Shown: in pieces, positions 60,360 to 64,000 of the stretch | How the letters are laid out: each line of letters opens with the position of its first letter | Position numbering within the stretch: the first letter of the stretch is position 1 | Assembly: GCA_022605425.2 (NCBI GenBank) | Contig: CM061248.1 | Location: forward strand, 620,001-684,000 | From: Hamiltosporidium tvaerminnensis FI-OER-3-3 | Lineage: Eukaryota > Fungi > Microsporidia | Length of the DNA stretch: 64,000 bases | Direction of reading: 5' to 3' | Notes under the pieces: generated by a model | What the model was told of the DNA's origin: nothing | What the model saw: the letters and a program-made list of their open reading frames with translations, nothing else | The model's database searches: none | Translations under genes and position numbers: made by a program

Positions 60360-61529
60360 TTAATCGCTATCATTATCTCTAAACCTAACCCTCTTATTTT
60401 TATTATCAAACCCTTTAGAATCTCTCCTATTGTTTTTAAAACCATTACCACCCGTATTTCTCATATTTTCTCTTTTTTTATCTCTGAAACCAGAATTATT
60501 ATTTTTGTTGCCAAATTTATTTTCTCCCATTTTCTTCTCACAACTCAATTTTCTATCTTCAAAAACAAGATTACTTTTTACGACTTTTTCAGCCACACTA
60601 GCCTCCTTAAAAGATACGAAACAAAATCCTTTGTTTCTGTTGATATTTTCTCTGTCTTTTGGAATTGAAACACTTAAAACTTCTCCAAACTTACTCATAT
60701 ATTTGTTTAGCTTGTCTTCAGAACATTCAAATGGAATGCCTCTTACGAAAAGAGTATTACCATCTCCTCCCTCATTTCTATTCTTCATTTTAGCATTGTC
60801 GACAACAACTTCGGTTCCCAAAAGTTTCTTTCCATTTAATTTTAAAGCAGAAGTTGCTTCAGATTCTTTGGAAAATTGAATATAAGCATATCCTTTATTC
60901 TTACCACTTCTAGAATCCTTTGGAATTCTAATATCAACTACTTTCCCATTTTTTTGCAACTCTTTTCTTAAAGAAGACTCGTTTGCACTTTCAGATAAGC
61001 CTTTGATAAAAATTGTTCTTCGGTTTTTTTCTTCTTCACTTAAAATTTCATCATTTTTTTCACTTTTCTCTGAACTCGATAATTTTTCGTCTTCAGAAGA
61101 AACATCGGATGCAGATTTACTATTTTCTTCTTCAGAATCCTTTTCGGATTTTTCAGTTGAAGATTCATTACTTTCTACTTCAATTTTTTCACAGACTGCT
61201 GGTTTTCCACCTTTTGGCAACTCAGATTTGGTTTCCACTGATTCAGTTGCTGTAGATGAATCGCTGTCAGAATCACCCGAGTCCTCACTGTCTGTCTCGG
61301 TCGCGCTGCTTCCACTCTCACATCCACTCGCAGAACAACTCTCTGATGAGCCACTCTCAGAACAACTTGCAGCTTGAACGCCTTTCTTAGTACTTACTAC
61401 TTCTTGCTCACTCACTGATCCACTTGCTGATACACTCGCTGAACTCTGTTCACTGCTAGAACAACTAGTATCATTTGATTGTTCTGATTCTGAACTCTCT
61501 TGTTTTTTTACTGGTCTTCCTCTTGCCAT
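60360..61529 (-). CDS. NSR1: Nucleolin/NSR1/Gar2-like nucleolar RNA-binding protein
   Basis: Ser/Glu-rich N-terminus, two RRMs (KGYAYIQF, KGFCFVSF) and a basic Gly/Asn/Arg tail. True start is probably MARGRP at 61529, preceded by CCC. Confidence 0.8.
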   Translation of the reverse strand: MARGRPVKKQESSESEQSNDTSCSSSEQSSASVSASGSVSEQEVVSTKKGVQAASCSESGSSESCSASGCESGSSATETDSEDSGDSDSDSSTATESVETKSELPKGGKPAVCEKIEVESNESSTEKSEKDSEEENSKSASDVSSEDEKLSSSEKSEKNDEILSEEEKNRRTIFIKGLSESANESSLRKELQKNGKVVDIRIPKDSRSGKNKGYAYIQFSKESEATSALKLNGKKLLGTEVVVDNAKMKNRNEGGDGNTLFVRGIPFECSEDKLNKYMSKFGEVLSVSIPKDRENINRNKGFCFVSFKEASVAEKVVKSNLVFEDRKLSCEKKMGENKFGNKNNNSGFRDKKRENMRNTGGNGFKNNRRDSKGFDNKNKRVRFRDNDSD

Positions 61530-61769
61530 TTGAAGGGATAGAAAATATTTTTTAATATAACCGTTAATATTATAAATAAAAATAAAAGGAAAAATATTTT
61601 TTATCATTAAAACCCGTTAAGTATCATCATTATAACTAAAGGGTGTTTAATTTTTAAGAAGAAAAACATTTGATAATAACATCCGTTAATTAAATTTGAA
61701 AAAGGCGCAAAGAATATAAATAAGAACCGAATGTTATATTTTATTTGTTTTATTGATTTATAAATTAAA

Positions 61770-62190
61770 TTATTTTTACTTTAAGAAAAGAAAAGTGTAT
61801 AATAACTGGTATAAAACATATGATTGAATATATTTTTACTTTAAGAAAGGAATAATGTGTCAGTAAAACTCGTATAAAACATATGATGAATATAATTTTA
61901 TTTTAAGAAAAGAATAAAATACTGAATTACTGAATAAAACATATGATGAATATAATTTTACATTAAGAAAAGAATAATGTGTCAGTAAAACTGAATAAAA
62001 CATATGATGAATACATTTTAAAAATAATAATTTTTAATTTATATGATGAATACATTTTAAAAATAATAATTTTTAATTTAAGAAAGGAATAAAATACTGA
62101 ATAACTGGTATAAAACATATGATGAATACATTTTAAAAATAATAATTTCTAATTTAAGAAAAGAACAATGTAACCGTATAACTGGTATTA
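61770..62190. repeat. Imperfect tandem repeat, ~60-bp unit
   Basis: ATAAAACATATGATGAATA...TTAAGAAA(A/G)GAAT recurs ~6 times. Confidence 0.85.
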
Positions 62191-64000
62191 AGATAGTGGT
62201 TTATATATTATAAAATATAATTATTTTTAAAAATACGTCATATTTTCTTCTTCTTTTTCTTCTAAATTAAATATTTTTTTATTGCTAATTTCTTTATAAT
62301 ACTGGTATTCGGTATTAATAGAGATTAATTGAAATAATTACAATATTATCTAGATTTTAATAATTTATACAGATATATCTTTGAAGGTGGAATTCTTTAT
62401 ATATTTTTAATTTCATAATTTATGTGATATGTGTTTTTGATTGTGGCTGTAGTTAGAATCTAATTTATACGTATCTCTGAGTTTATATGCTTGTTTTGGT
62501 TGGTGTGTATCTTCTTTAAAATTTAATTTTTTTTAGTAGCTTTGCTCTTAACCCGATATGGTTTTTGCGGTTTTCAAACTTAAATACATTCAGAGTGGAT
62601 ATATTCTATATCAGACAAAACTAAATTCTCATGAACATAGTTTTAGTACTCTGACATATAACTATATCTCTATTTTGACTGTTTCTTAATCAATCTTACA
62701 ATATATCTGTAAGATACTTGTTTAAAAGACATTCTTAATTATTAAATATAAAAATCGTGTTCTTAGAAGTTTACAATAAGATTTTTGATTTTTTCGCCAA
62801 AATTTTCTTAGAATGTCTATATATCTCAACAACCATTGAAATATTTAATGTTGATCTTACCGAGGAACCGAAAATAATACTAAACGAATATTCGGAATTA
62901 GAAGTGTAAATTATGTTGGTTAAAGAGACAAAGAAAATATATAAAAGAATTAAAATTGTTTTAATCTGAATTTTATTAATTAAATCTTGTATTTTCAATA
63001 CAAATTTGAACTAATAAATATATTACTGCAAAGGTGCAGAGCTATCATATTTAGTATCGATAGTACTTTCTATACATTTATTTTTACCATTTCTTAGACA
63101 ATGATAATTTTTTTTTAATGAATATAATATTTTTATATACTTACATACTTATTCAATTCCTCTTTAACCTCTGATGTCGAATAAACAATGTAAAGTTTAC
63201 CATTTGTTTCTTTTAATCAGTTGTAACTCGGGATTATACGTGTTTGGCCTATAGATCCTGAACTTTTTCAGAAATTTAAAATTTAAGAATTATGTAAATT
63301 TACTGCACTGAAGAATAAATAAAATTCCGTTTTTTAAGTATTTCTTGTATTCTCTCTTCAAAATAACAAAAATATTTTTTAAATCTCTTAAAAAAATCAA
63401 TGTTTTGATTTTTAATTTATCGAGTTAAAAAATATTTTTGTGGTTTTTTTTACAATAATTTCTACTAAAATACAAATTTTACAAATTAAAAAAATATCTA
63501 TTTTCTCTAAATTGACAAGTTATTTTCAAAATCAATATTTTTGTAGGAGAAAAATTTAAAAACTAAGAGGTATATATCCGCTGTATTTATAAGAACACAA
63601 TAAACCCAATTATTTCCAATAATCTTTAATAATTCTTATGTATTTATAAACTTTGCGGTAATTTAGTCGCATCAAATATAATATTTTGCCCGAAGGTTGA
63701 AATTTTGCATAGTATGATATTTTGAATTAGCAATAACTTGCTAAACCGTTTATATATGTTCTTCCTGCTGAATACTAGCTTTTATCATAATGGGAATAAA
63801 CCTATAGATTATTTTATGATGTTATAAAAAACATCAATTCAACTCGAAGCAGTAAATAGGCAAAATTTGATTAGATATTAATCGTGCCTTCCATAAACCT
63901 CCGATGATATACCGCCCATAACATCCAAGACTAAAAAACCTCCAATACACAAATATATTTTAATAGGACACCCCCATTTCAATGCATCGAGTTAACTATT

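Noticed and set aside
61530-61607. Upstream in-frame ATG for the nucleolin-like gene
   Set aside because: AT-rich promoter-like sequence; the CCC motif marks 61529 as the likelier start.
62771-62998. 75-aa hydrophobic ORF
   Set aside because: Non-ATG start and no recognisable motifs. It may be a decayed secreted-protein gene, but that cannot be supported from the sequence.

Overview
This is a very AT-rich, gene-sparse eukaryotic window. It is most consistent with a large-genome microsporidian (Hamiltosporidium-like); this is inferred from intron-poor, divergent fungal-type genes, CCC motifs just upstream of ATGs, secreted LRR proteins and TAACACCC-type tandem repeats. Core genes: 6-phosphofructokinase, RPL34, CBP20, a truncated alpha-prefoldin-like ORF, meiotic HOP1, a frameshifted MSH2, EFL1/RIA1, a probable Integrator subunit 7 homolog, an NSR1/nucleolin-like protein and two LRR proteins. 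Mobile DNA: a near-full-length RLE-type non-LTR retrotransposon with relic copies; RTE, Helitron, Merlin, hAT and possibly MULE relics; and two short bipartite RTE-derived SINE-like elements with target-site duplications. The most striking unexplained signal is a pair of diverged, collinear ~650-nt non-coding elements (19595-20256 and 40051-40705). They share conserved sequence blocks, have hairpins preserved despite sequence change, and carry cUUCGg/GNRA tetraloops, which makes them a candidate undescribed large structured RNA family. All alignments and translations outside the supplied ORF track were done by eye.
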